A stretch of DNA of 63,984 bases, the filler included, from Octopus bimaculoides (Eukaryota), in assembly GCF_001194135.2 (NCBI RefSeq). It is 5 parts of 4 records of this genome, joined end to end, with 100 filler letters (N's around TTAATTAATTAA, not from the genome) between each part and the next. Parts side by side here need not be neighbours in the genome. Positions count along the whole stretch, not along the records: positions 15,944 to 32,071 come from NC_068999.1; positions 32,172 to 52,846 come from NC_068988.1; 3 more parts are not named here. One strand, written 5' to 3'. Position 1 is the first letter of the stretch. Each line of letters starts with the position of its first letter. Of the stretch, positions 27,235-38,860 are shown piece after piece. The translations under genes were made by a program, and so were the position numbers. Under the pieces are notes generated by a model that saw only the letters and a program-made list of their open reading frames with translations, had not been told where the DNA came from and did not search any database.

Positions 27235-27600
27235 AAGGCGGTGAGCTGGCAGGATCATTAACACGTCGGAAAAAAGGCTCTGTGATATTTCGTCCGTCGA
27301 GACGTTCTGAGTTCAAATTCCACCGAAATTGACTTAACCTTTCATTCTTTAGTTTAGAACTGGAGATCGATGAAATCGCTAGCCTTTGCCAAAGTCTGAA
27401 ATCATTATCATCATGATTATTTAGGTGGCAAAGTGGCAATATCATTACAACATCGGACAATCTGCTTAGCAGCATTTCCATCGCTATTTTCAACCTTTCG
27501 GAGTCGAGTCGACAAAATTAATATCAGTCAAATTCTGGAGTCAATGTAATCGACTTTTATCCTCCACCAAATTTCCGGCCTTGTGCCAAGACAACACAGG
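27235..27600 (+). mobile_element. SINE family B (interrupted)
   Basis: AGGCGGTGAGCTGGCAGGATC...GAGTTCAAATTCC head; 3' part (cctttcggagtcg..tccggccttgtgcc) resumes after an insert. Confidence 0.75.
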
Positions 27601-27935
27601 ATTATTATTACCATATATTATTATTATTATTATTATTATCGTCATATCCGGAAAAGTTGATGTTCTGCGTATGAATTTCTTTGCAATAGACAGTTTGCAT
27701 CGAATTAAAGACAATCATTTTGTCTACACATGTCGAAGATACATGAACACCAGAGTTTTGACGGTTTACAAATCTATAAACGATGGTTTTTCTTTACCAG
27801 TCAATACAAAATCAATTAATTAACGCATTACCTGTTAATGTTATCTTTTAATATGTATTATAATCATCATGATCATCGCTATGACTATCATTCATAACTT
27901 TTCCTACTACTACTGCGACTACAACAACAATTATA

Positions 27936-28009
<74 letters not shown>

Positions 28010-28754
28010 CTCCACTGTCGCTACCACTGTTGCTATTACTACCATTACCACCATCGCCAACACCACTCCTACTACCACCACCGCCATTGCTACCACAACT
28101 GTTTTTACTGCCACCACTATTGCTCCTGCTGTTGCTACTACCACTACCGCCAGCTATACCACCACTACTGTTGCTACAATAGTCTATACTTCTCTAACGA
28201 CCTTGAATGCTAATTAAACAAATGAGTAAATAATAATAATCATAAAAATGATGATGATGATGATGATGTTTTAAGATGAGCATGAGATATATATGAATAT
28301 AAAGATTAAAAATAAGAAACGGGATATTGATTGGTTGTATATTTACTGAGCCAAATCGATAACGAGAGGGAAGGAAAGAAAGAAAGAAAGAAAGAAGGAA
28401 AGAAAGAAAGAAAAGAAGACAGCAAAGCAGATGCTAATGAGACACAGACTAATGAGTGCAGGGTTTTAGTGCTGCAAAATTAAATGAATAAATAAAAAAA
28501 TAAAAACAAACAACAACATAAATTGTGTATCTGGAGGAACAAACCATTGACGTCAATGAAACTAGTTCTGTGTGGAGAACCAATGAAAATGGAGGATTCT
28601 AATTTGAAAGTTTAGTACACCAGAACTCAGGGTTGATTAAGTACTAGACTTTGAATGAGTTCAGGAGAGCTAAAAAAAAAAGTGACCAAGACGTTTGGAA
28701 GTCTGCCAAATGTCCAGGTGGGTTTTAAACGTTTTTACCATTTACCTTAGCGGT

Positions 28755-28831
28755 GCTGCGGTGCTACGGTTCTACGGTGCTGTGCTTGTCTCATTGACAA
28801 AGTCATTTAACTGAATTTCATTTAGGTCAGT

Positions 28832-28929
<98 letters not shown>

Positions 28930-29171
28930 CAAGCAGCAGCAGCAGCGGACTTTGGTGTTTGAGATGGTGGTGGTGATGTGGTAATAGTAGTAGTAGTAGT
29001 AGTAGCAGTAGTAGTGGTAGTAGTAGCAGCAGCAGTTTCGGTGTTTGTGATGGTGGTCGTGATAGTAGTAGTAGTACTAGTGGTAGTAGTAGCAATAGTA
29101 GCAGTAGTAGTAGTAGTAGTAGCTTTGGTGTTTGTGATAGTGGTGGTGGTACTAGTAGTACCAGCAGTAGT

Positions 29172-29254
<83 letters not shown>

Positions 29255-29380
29255 CAGCAGCAGTAGTAGTAGTGGTGGTGGTGGTGGTGGTAGTGGTAGG
29301 AGTAGCTTTGGTGTTTGTGATAACGGTTGTGGTGGCAATAGTAGTAGTATTAGTAGTAGTAGTAGTAGATACTGGAATTT
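28755..29380. repeat. (AGT/AGC/GGT)n field with a recurring GCTTTGGTGTTTGTGAT-type anchor
   Basis: Four anchor variants at about 28950, 29036, 29122 and 29305. Confidence 0.8.
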
Positions 29381-29574
29381 AGCGCCAAGTCGACCCGTTT
29401 CAGTCAGGTCAATGCACAAAATGATTTCCAAACGTGACTATCGCGACGATTTTGTCTTGCTAAATTTTGCATAGTAGCTTCGAGTTCGTTATCATATCGT
29501 TACCATCTTAGGCACGTTTCTTTAAAGCAATTTGTGTGTGTTTATGTTTCCTATCTTAACGGCATGACAAATAA

Positions 29575-29720
29575 ATATCTACACTATTTACATTTGACGG
29601 ATATTTGTCCTCTTCTTGTCTGTCGTTAACACAACGTTTCGGGTGATATACCCTCCAGACTTCATAAGGTGTTTTGGGGAAATTTCGAACCTGGGTTCTC
29701 ATTCCTAAGGTATTTTTCGT
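29575..29720 (-). mobile_element. Penelope-like repeat HH-A (copy 2) with mutated hammerhead at 29628-29673
   Basis: Reverse complement AACAC-CTTATGA-AGTCTG..CACCC-GAAACGTT-GTGTT; core G5 changed to U. Confidence 0.7.
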
Positions 29721-30138
29721 TCTTCTTCTTCTTCTTCTTCTTCTTCTTCTTCTTCTTCTTCTTCTTCTTCTTCTTCTTCTTCTTCTTCTTCTTCTTCTTN
29801 NNNNNNNNNNNNNNNNNNNNNNNNNNNNNNNNNNNNNNNNNNNNNNNNNNNNNNNNNNNNNNNNNNNNNNNNNNNNNNNNNNNNNNNNNNNNNNNNNNNN
29901 NNNNNNNNNNNNNNNNNNNNNNNNNNNNNNNNNNNNNNNNNNNNNNNNNNNNNNNNNNNNNNNNNNNNNNNNNNNNNNNNNNNNNNNNNNNNNNNNNNNN
30001 NNNNNNNNNNNNNNNNNNNNNNNNNNNNNNNNNNNNNNNNNNNNNNNNNNNNNNNNNNNNNNNNNNNNNNNNNNNNNNNNNNNNNNNNNNNNNNNNNNNN
30101 NNNNNNNNNNNNNNNNNNNNNNNNNNNNNNNNNNNNNN

Positions 30139-30233
30139 TGTATGTTATATATATTTGTAAGTCCTGGTGTTTTTGTTATGTATTTGTCTGAATATTTTTT
30201 TTATTATACCTAAGGCACCTACTATGATAGGAA

Positions 30234-30236
<3 letters not shown>
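30139..30236 (-). mobile_element. R4/Dong-like fragment (copy 3)
   Basis: Reads approximately IPIIVGALGIIKKYSDKYITKTPGLTNIYNI, homologous to copy 2; its 5' junction abuts (TAA)n at 30237-30307. Confidence 0.8.
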
Positions 30237-30311
<75 letters not shown>

Positions 30312-30319
30312 TCACTAAT

Positions 30320-30500
30320 AACAGCGAAAACTACCTTAGGAATGAGAACACAGGTTCGAAATTTCCCAGAGACACCTGATGAAAGCTGGAGGGTATATCA
30401 CCCGAAACGTTGTGTTATCAACAAATACGACGACGATAAATATCCGTCAAATGTAAGCAATGTAAATAAAGTACATAATTCTTCATCTCTTAAATATAGA
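30320..30500 (+). mobile_element. Penelope-like repeat HH-A (copy 3) with hammerhead at 30371-30416
   Basis: GACAC-CTGATGA-A-AGCTG..CACCC-GAAA-CG-TT-GTGTT; core and stems I/III intact, stem II has two mismatches. Confidence 0.72.
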
Positions 30501-30639
30501 ACTGAAATAAATATATCTTTAAAGATAAGAACTTGGTTGAATTGATCGATTAAAAAAAAATTACCACAGTGCTCTCTAGCATGGCTGCAGATTATAGAGT
30601 CAGAGAGCTAAAAAAAAAGTATAAACTACAGGCTACATT

Positions 30640-30856
30640 ATCCAATATTTCTTTTCTACTCCAGGTACAAGGCACGAAAATTTTGGGGAGGGGGCCAGTC
30701 GATTAGATCGACACCAGTATGCAAATGGTACTTAATTTATCGACCCCGAAAGGATGAAAGGCAAAGTCGACCTCGGCGGTATTTGAACTCAGAACGTAGA
30801 CAGATGACATAACGCTAAGCATTTCGCCCGGCGGGCTAACGTTTCCACCAGCTCGC
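30640..30856 (-). mobile_element. SINE family B, near full length
   Basis: ttcttttctactccaggtacaaggc..ggccagtcgattagatcgac..atttatcgaccccgaaaggatgaaaggcaaagtcgacctcggcgg..gctaacg..ccagctc. Confidence 0.9.
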
Positions 30857-30901
30857 ACATTATCCAATATTTCAATTATCTGCTCTTTCCTTTGGAAACG
30901 G

Positions 30902-31115
30902 TGGAGGCGTGTGGCTTGGTGGTCAGGGTGTTTGACTCATGATCGTAAGATTGTGATCCCGGTTTCTGGATCGGGTGACGCGTTATGTTCTTGAGCAAAA
31001 TACTTCATTTCAGGTTGCTCCATTCCACTCACCTGGCAATAGGGAGTTATCCTGTGACTGACCGGTATCCCGTCCAGGTGGGAAATTTATATGCCACAGA
31101 AACCGAGTAACCGGT
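30902..31115 (+). mobile_element. tRNA-headed SINE with CORE-like central motif
   Basis: GGAGGCGTGTGGCTTGGTGG head; TGTTCTTGAGCAAAATACTTCATTTC...TTGCTCC resembles the TTGAGCAAG(A/G)CACTT core. Confidence 0.7.
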
Positions 31116-31197
31116 TGTAGGAAAAAGGAATTTTTACTTTACTTTCATTTTTTTAAAAACAATTTAATATTGTAATCCGAGTAAGGATTACAGAAAA

Positions 31198-31410
31198 GAG
31201 TAGCTGGCAGAAACGTTGGCACGAGGGGCGAAATGCTTAGCAGAATTTCGTCTGTCTTTACGTTCTGAGTTCAAATTCCGCCGAGGTCGTCTTTGCCTTT
31301 CATCCTTTTGGTGTCGATAAATTAAGTACCAGTTGCGTACTGGGTGTTGATCTAATGGACTGCCCCCACTCCCAAAATTTCGGTCCTTGTGCCTAGAGTA
31401 GAAAAGAAAT
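31198..31410 (+). mobile_element. SINE family B, near full length
   Basis: gctggcagaaacgtt..gaaatgcttagc..ctgagttcaaattccgccgaggtcg..gccttgtgcctagagtagaaaaga. Confidence 0.92.
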
Positions 31411-31864
31411 CCGAGTTAAATTGTCTACTATGTGAAAATCATGTGGAATAACTTTATATATGTCTGCTTGATAAACATGACGTTGACCGTTAAAACATCA
31501 ACAAAAACTACAGTAGTATCAGATTGAGAATATATCATCGTAAGAAAAGAAAGGCTTTCCGGAAGATCTTTAGAATGAGGTCGTGAATGGGTAACAATTA
31601 TGGAAAGTTTTATGTACTTAATTTAAAAATTATGTCGAGCTATATTTAAAAGTGCACAAACATAGATAGATAAATAGAAACATAGATAAATTGATATATA
31701 GATAAATAGATAGATAGACAGATAGCTAAATAGATTAATAGATATATAAACTTTTAGATAGGTGTATATATATGTACATGTATGTATCTAGCTATCTTTC
31801 TATTTTCTATCTATCTATTTATCATTTATTTATTTACCTGTCTGTCTGTCTATCTATTTATCCA

Positions 31865-31903
<39 letters not shown>

Positions 31904-32034
31904 CTTCTTTCTGACGAAGAGCCATGCACGAAGCGTCACACCCCTAAACGTTATCTTAATACACTCAGTGTGTACGTCATTTAACTTTTGATAGTTTTGT
32001 TATTTGTTCATACTGTTGATTTGCTAATACATAC

Positions 32035-32071
<37 letters not shown>

Positions 32072-32666
32072 NNNNNNNNNNNNNNNNNNNNNNNNNNNNN
32101 NNNNNNNNNNNNNNNTTAATTAATTAANNNNNNNNNNNNNNNNNNNNNNNNNNNNNNNNNNNNNNNNNNNNAAGAACATCATCATTACCATCATCATCAT
32201 CATCATCATAGAATGAAAATATGGCTTCAAGCTATATGGAGTGGGGGATGTGGGTGGCAGGTTGTGGGTACGTTATGTGAAGGTGTTTGAAGTAACAGTG
32301 GAGACGGATGAGGTCAGAGGGGGGGGGGAGCGTTTAGGTGCGTGAGAGGTGGTGATTCAGGAAGTAGGCAGGTGTGTTTGGTGTTGTAGCATGGGTCAGT
32401 AAGGATAATAGTCACTGGTGGGTGACATAAGGGAGGGGATCTTACTGAGAACAGTGGAGCCTTTAGGCTGGCAGGTAAGTGCTTGTGGGTATCTACAGGG
32501 GCAAAACGGTTAAGTTGTAAGGGCAATGAGACTGTAGCACGCTTGAGAATCAAAGTGGCACATAAGGAAAATCAGAGTGGCACATAGGGAAAATCAGAGT
32601 CGCAGGGAGAGATTATCCACCTTTTCCTTCAACATGCAAGTTGAAACTTTTCAGACCAAAATGTAA

Positions 32667-32835
32667 AGGCGTGGCTGTGTGGTAAGAAGCTTGCTTCTCA
32701 ACCACATGGTCCCCGGTTCAGTCTGACTGTGTGGCACCTTGGGCAAGTGTCTTCTATAGCCTCAGACCAAACAAAGCTTTTTTTCAGTTTTTGTCTGCCA
32801 AATCCATTTACAAGGCTTTTGGCCCCAGGCTGTAA
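32667..32835 (+). mobile_element. SINE family A head followed by an inverted segment of the same SINE
   Basis: 32667-32778 matches the head in + orientation; 32779-32835 matches the adjacent internal segment in - orientation. Confidence 0.75.
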
Positions 32836-32844
32836 TTAGAATTG

Positions 32845-33040
32845 TTAGCACGTCAGACAAAATGTTTAGTTGCATTTTTTTCTGTCTTAACATTCTGAGT
32901 TCAAATTCCATCGAGGTAACCGTTGCCTTTTACCCTTTCAAGGTCAATAAAATAAGTATCAGCCAAGCACTAAGGTTGATCTAACTGACTTCCTCTTCCT
33001 CTCAAAAACCATTGGTCCTCTACCAAAATTTGGAACCATT
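32845..33040 (+). mobile_element. SINE family B (degraded)
   Basis: gttagcacgtcagacaaaatg..ctgagttcaaattcc..ccttttacccttt..aaataagtatcag. Confidence 0.8.
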
Positions 33041-33282
33041 GTTATTATTATTATTATGGGTGGGGAGCTGGTAGAATTGTTTGTGCACTGGACCAGGGGA
33101 CAAGACAGGGGGTCCGTAGACAGCAAATACTTTTTATGGGCAATTTGATTTTATATTTTTTTTTAATCGAAATCTTTTAATTGACAATAAACCTATTTGT
33201 TAAATACTGTTAAATAAATAAATGTAAAAATATATGTTATTTTAAGCAAATATTTATGTATAAATTTCATAAGCGTTTATAA

Positions 33283-33311
33283 GGGTTAGGGTTAGGGTTA
33301 GGGTTAGGGTT
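33283..33311 (+). repeat. Interstitial telomeric-type repeat GGG(TTAGGG)4TT
   Basis: Four perfect TTAGGG units at 33286-33309. Confidence 0.9.
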
Positions 33312-33537
33312 TGCTTGTAGTGTATTCCTTGTAGTACTGTAGTTGTTGTACAATCCTAGATGTGTGAGCAATTCTGTAATGTGGTGTAAGATGTGGCAAT
33401 GTGTGCGTACATGTGGCTGGGTGTATGTATATGTGTATGCACTAGCATAGCTTGAGTATGTGCCACCCGGGGTGACCCTTCTGTTCGCCACCCCTGAACC
33501 CCACAAAAAAATGCATGTTGTGTGTGTTTATGTGTGT

Positions 33538-33569
<32 letters not shown>

Positions 33570-33697
33570 AACAGTTATATTGTCTCCAATAGGTACTCGG
33601 GTCAATTTATTTGACTAAAAATTCTTCAAGGTGGTGCCCCAGTATGGCCTCAGTCTAATGACTGAAGCAAGTAAAAGATAAAAAATAAAAGATAAAA

Positions 33698-33791
<94 letters not shown>

Positions 33792-33810
33792 CATACATAC
33801 ATACATATCA

Positions 33811-33841
<31 letters not shown>

Positions 33842-34293
33842 CGCACACAAACACACATGTACACATACATATATGTAATGTATGTACATATATACACACA
33901 TACATTTGAAGATATGAGTTTAAACAGGCAGACTGGATGTATCTTCAATTGCCAATATAAACAAGCTATGAATTAAAGAATGTACACCTATTTGTGTGCC
34001 ATTACTTGCCAATCCTCACCCTCAATTTTAGGGTGGAGTTCTTGAATTACCCAGCATGAAAAACCATGGTATTCTCTCTGTTGGTCTATTTGTCTATGTC
34101 TGTGTGTCTGTCTGTCTGTCTTTCTCTTTCTCTTACTCTCATTCTCTTTCTTTCTCATGCATATACATCTTATCATCTTTATCATACATTTATTTTCCTA
34201 CGTTATGTGTGTGTGTGTGTATGTGTGTGTGTGTATGTGTGTATGTGTGTGTGTATATATAATTAAGTATGTATTTATGTATGTGTGTATTTT

Positions 34294-34342
<49 letters not shown>

Positions 34343-34585
34343 TTTCTAATTTCTATTTTTTACTTGTCTCAAACAAATTAATTCCAGTACACTTCTTTTT
34401 TTTCAAGCCTGGTACTTATTCTATTGGTCTCCTTTTGTTGAACCACTAAGTAACGGTGACATAAACAAACCAATACTGGTTATCAAGCGGTGATGGGGAC
34501 AAACACAGACACAAAGATACACACACAGATATATGTAAACGTGTGTATGTATGTGTGTGTGCGTGTGTGTGTGTGTGTGTCTGTG

Positions 34586-37422
34586 TGTTGTAGGGAATTA
34601 GTAATAATGGTAGACCCCTCCTACGTGACAACTGGAATAACCTAGTCACTATAAGTAAAGAGAAGTACGTGAAGTACCAGAGTACGTAGTAGGCGGTCAG
34701 AGGTAGTCATGTCTTTACTGGTTTTACTATGTATACTGTATACCGAAGTGGGCATCATAACAATCCAACATTGTAAGGATTATAACAGTGGCAACGAAGA
34801 TTCAAACAACTCATGAGGAATTAATAAACTCGACGAAGATTTTTAACAACTCATGAGGAGTGAACAAGCTCACAGAAGTTTTTGTCGTGTGAATTTTACA
34901 AGAAAAAAAAATTCGTAAAATTATGGGAAATTTGCTGGTCAGTTTGTTCGAGTTGCAAAAACAGCAACAACTGATATAACAACAACAGCAGCAGCAGCTA
35001 CAACTGCAAGAACAAGAACAGAAACAGCAACAACAACAAATAATATTACAACAACAAATACTGCATTTAGTGAAGTCATCAGGAAAGTCTGAAAAAGTGT
35101 TCTTGATAGACTATGTCGCGAACTCCATAGCAGAATTCAAATACGAACCTGACGACGGAGTTACCTTCAAAGTATACGACAGACGATATGAGCAAATCTT
35201 TGAGAAAGACTATAAAGATTGGTATGATGAGATGAAAACGTGCTTAATCTTGAGAAAACTGGTAGCAACAGAACATGAACGATGCAGTAATTATGTACTC
35301 CCAAGAAAACCGTTGGACATAAACTTTAATGATGCAATAGATATATTGTGTAAAATTTTCAATGAAAAAAAGCTCATTGTTCAACAAATGTTAGAAGTGT
35401 CTGAACATAGAGGAAAACAATGACAAGGAATACATCACATATGCTGGTAGAGAAAACAGAGAATGCAAGAAGTTCAAGCTCGACAAATTAATGCCAGTTA
35501 TGTTCAAATGCCTGATTTTTACATGGGGACTTACTGCCAAAAAAGGACACAGAAATTAGAACCAGAATTCTTAGAAAGTTGGAACAAAACCGGGATGTAA
35601 CCCTACAGCAAGTGTCAGAAGAATGTAGAAGGATAGTCAAATTAAGACATGAGACAGAGGAAATTGGACGTAAAGATTGTTTCCAAGTAAAACAAGTATG
35701 AAATAGTCAGAATAGAGATAAAGGGTTTTCTAAAAATCACTAGGAAAAAATCAGGAAATAAACCCATGTTTTGCATGTGGAGGTATACACCAGAAGAAAA
35801 ATTGTCCATTTAAAAAAGCAGACTGCTTTTCTATGGAAATATAGGACATAAAGATGCACTGAAGAACAAAGATGACAAAATGTCAGAACAATAGTATGTC
35901 ATTGGAAGAAATTGGTAATATAACAATGAGGAAATTTGTGAAGGTGAAAATAAGAAATACAAGTGTTAAAATGCAGTTGGACACTGGTAGTGATATCACC
36001 ATTATAAATGAAAAGACTTAAATGTGTCGGTAAGTTGAAATTAATTAAATCGAAAAAGGTAGCACATGGTGTTACGAGAAAAAGATTATATTTTTTCAGT
36101 GAATTCGCATGTAATGTAATATTTCAAAGTAAAAAAAAAAAAAGCCAAAGATACATGTATTAAAAGATTCACTTAATCTGTTTAGCACAGAGTGGATGGA
36201 TCTATTCAAGTTGTGGAATATGCCTAAAAGTGTTTTGAGTGGAAATAGTTGATTCAGTCGAAGATTTGAATGCAGCTGAGATACTGAAAAAAAGAATTGC
36301 AGTGAAACAGAGTGGAACACCTATTTGTAAGCCAAAACGAAATAAAAAATTGCTCACGATAAAAAGTAAACGTTGTTCAAAAGTAGATTTTTCATGGTTG
36401 AGACTACACATTGATTTTATTGGTTCTTTCAATGGTTCTTACTACTTTCTGGTAGTTGATAGTTTCTTGAAATGGCCAGAAATTTGTAAGTGTAAAAGAA
36501 CCAACCTCCTCAACTGTGATAAAATTTTTTACATGAATTGTTTACGAGATTTGGTATCCCAGACACGATAGCGTCTGACAATGGAACGTAATTTGTGTCT
36601 GTTGAATTTTAAAAGTTTTGTGAAATGTTTGCTGTAGAACATGTAACCACTGTGCATTCCAGATCTAACAGACAGCCTGAATGCTTTGTCAATACCCTCA
36701 AGAGAGCCCTAAAATGTCAAATAAAGAAGTCTCGGATGAGATAGCTCTACAACAATTTTTAAAAGTGTACCATGAGACACCAAATCCAAATACATCAGCA
36801 GGTAGTTCACCAGCAGAGCTGATGCTTGCAAGGAAAGTAAAATCAGTCTTTGATAAATTGCTACCTGGCAAGATTCTTTAAAGTTGGTGAAAAGGTGTAT
36901 ATGAGGGCATACAAGAATGGAAATCAGAGTTGGAAAGATGGTGTAATTACCAAATGCATGGGTAAAATTATGTATTGGGTAAAAAGTAGAAAAGGCATAC
37001 AAAAGAGACACGGGAACCAACTGAAAAAGAGATTCATGGAAAGCAAACCAAAGAAGTTGGAGGAACTAATGGAATGATTGTATGATACATTCCAAATACC
37101 AATTCTACTGCAGGTGATTGGACCCTGGCGTACAAATGAGAGGAAAAGAAAACATATAGAGTTCCTGAAAATAGATGTCAAGTGCAAAAAATATTAAATT
37201 ATATGGAAAAAAGTAGTTAAAAAGGGGGGTGGGGTGAATAAAAAAAATTATTTCTAAATAAAATGACACTTCCTAAGAAAAACTTAAAAGGGGAGATGTT
37301 GTAGGGAATTAGCAATAATGGTACACCCCTGCCACGTGATGAATGGAATAACCTAGTCACTATAAGTAAAGAGAAAGACGTGAAGTACCAGAGTATGCAG
37401 TAGGCATTCAGAGATAGTCATG
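34586..37422 (+). mobile_element. Gypsy/Ty3 LTR retrotransposon, degenerate, lacking RT/RNase H
   Basis: 5' LTR 34586-34787 (TGTTG...TAACA), PBS-like TGGCAACGA at 34789; gag-like segment (EFKYEPDDGVTF...LRKL); CCHC CFACGGIHQKKNC at about 35767; protease LDTGS at 35977-35991; integrase LHIDF...SDNG...E; PPT AAAAGGGGAGA at 37286-37296; 3' LTR 37297-37422 truncated, 14 differences in 126 aligned bases. Confidence 0.95.
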
Positions 37423-37863
37423 GTTATGGGGCCCATGCAGCCATTTCATTTCTTCATTATATAACATCNNNNNNNNNNNNNNNNNNNNNNNNNNNNNNNN
37501 NNNNNNNNNNNNNNNNNNNNNNNNNNNNNNNNNNNNNNNNNNNNNNNNNNNNNNNNNNNNNNNNNNNNTATATGTATGTATATATATATATATATATATG
37601 TATGTATATATATAAATAAAATATAGTGCATTGGAGAATGCTAAAGCAAGTGCAATATAGATATACACTGAGTAGTGCTCAGATAAATGAGAACTTAAAT
37701 CCCAACTCCTTTATCCAGGGCGGGTGCTTCAGATGTAGAAAATCAGCCACAAGAACAATCCTGTCAAGCAGGTATGAAAGTAAAAAGACAGATAAACTCA
37801 AGTAGCTTAATGAGCATATTTACATAATAATATACTCATTAAGTGCACTTGTGTTTATCTATT

Positions 37864-38289
37864 GTTTTACTTACTCTTTTACTCTTTTACTTGTTTCAGT
37901 CATTTGACTGCGGCCATGCTGGAGCACCGCCTTTAGTCGAGTAAATTGACCGCAGGACTTATTCTTTGGAAGCCTAGTACTTATTCTATCAGTCTCTTTT
38001 GCCGAACCGCTAAGTTACGGGGACGTAAACACACCAGCATCAGTTGTCAAGCGATGTTAGGTGGACAAACACAGACACAACCATATACATGCACATACAT
38101 ATATATATATATATGTACATATATACGACGGACGTATTTCAGTTTCCGTCTACCAAATCCACTCACAAAGCTTTGGTCAGCCTGAGGCTATAGTAGAAGA
38201 CACTTGCCAAAGGTGCCATGCAGTGGGAATGAACCCGGAACCATGTGGTTGGTAAGCAAGCTACTTACCACACAGCCACTCCTGCGTCT
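37864..38289 (-). mobile_element. SINE family A, full length
   Basis: Colinear with 22641-23113, 46671-47067 and 52236-52620. Confidence 0.93.
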
Positions 38290-38339
38290 ACTTATATATA
38301 CATATTATGAGGATACATGGCTTATTAGTTCGAGAGCTG

Positions 38340-38580
38340 CAATCATGATTGCTAGATTGTGGTTTCAGTTCCTAGACTGGATGGCACATTATGTTCTTGA
38401 GCAAGACACTTCACCTCACATTGCTCTGTGTGATCATTTTGACACTCAATGCATGGCACACAGTGTACCTGTTCACACAACATCAATTTGATGAGGAGAG
38501 TGAGCTAATATGTGACATGAACATTTGATCACCAAAAACAAATCTTTTGTGCAAGTTGTTCAGCTCATGCATCATCCTCA
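38340..38580 (+). mobile_element. SINE-like repeat with CORE-like motif
   Basis: GGTTTCAGTTCC B-box-like sequence followed by TGTTCTTGAGCAAGACACTT. Confidence 0.55.
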
Positions 38581-38669
38581 GTGGGAAAGTCCATCATATA
38601 TATATGTGTGTGTGTGTGTGCGTGTGTATATATGTGTGTGTATATATGTATATATATATATATATATAC

Positions 38670-38860
38670 GTCAAGTAATTTTGGGGTAGTGGGTGACTTA
38701 ATTATATCAACCCAAGTGCTCAACTGGTACTTATTACATCTACCTCAAAAGGATGAAAGGCAAATCAACCTTGGACAAATTTGAACTAATAATGTGAAGA
38801 GAGACAAAATACCACTAGGCACTTTTCTTGGCATGCTAATGATTCTGATACCTTGCTGCT
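38670..38860 (-). mobile_element. SINE family B (degraded; duplicated at 39767-39960 across the gap)
   Basis: aaggatgaaaggcaaatcaacctt..aatttgaac..catgctaatgattctg; identical copy after the N gap. Confidence 0.8.
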
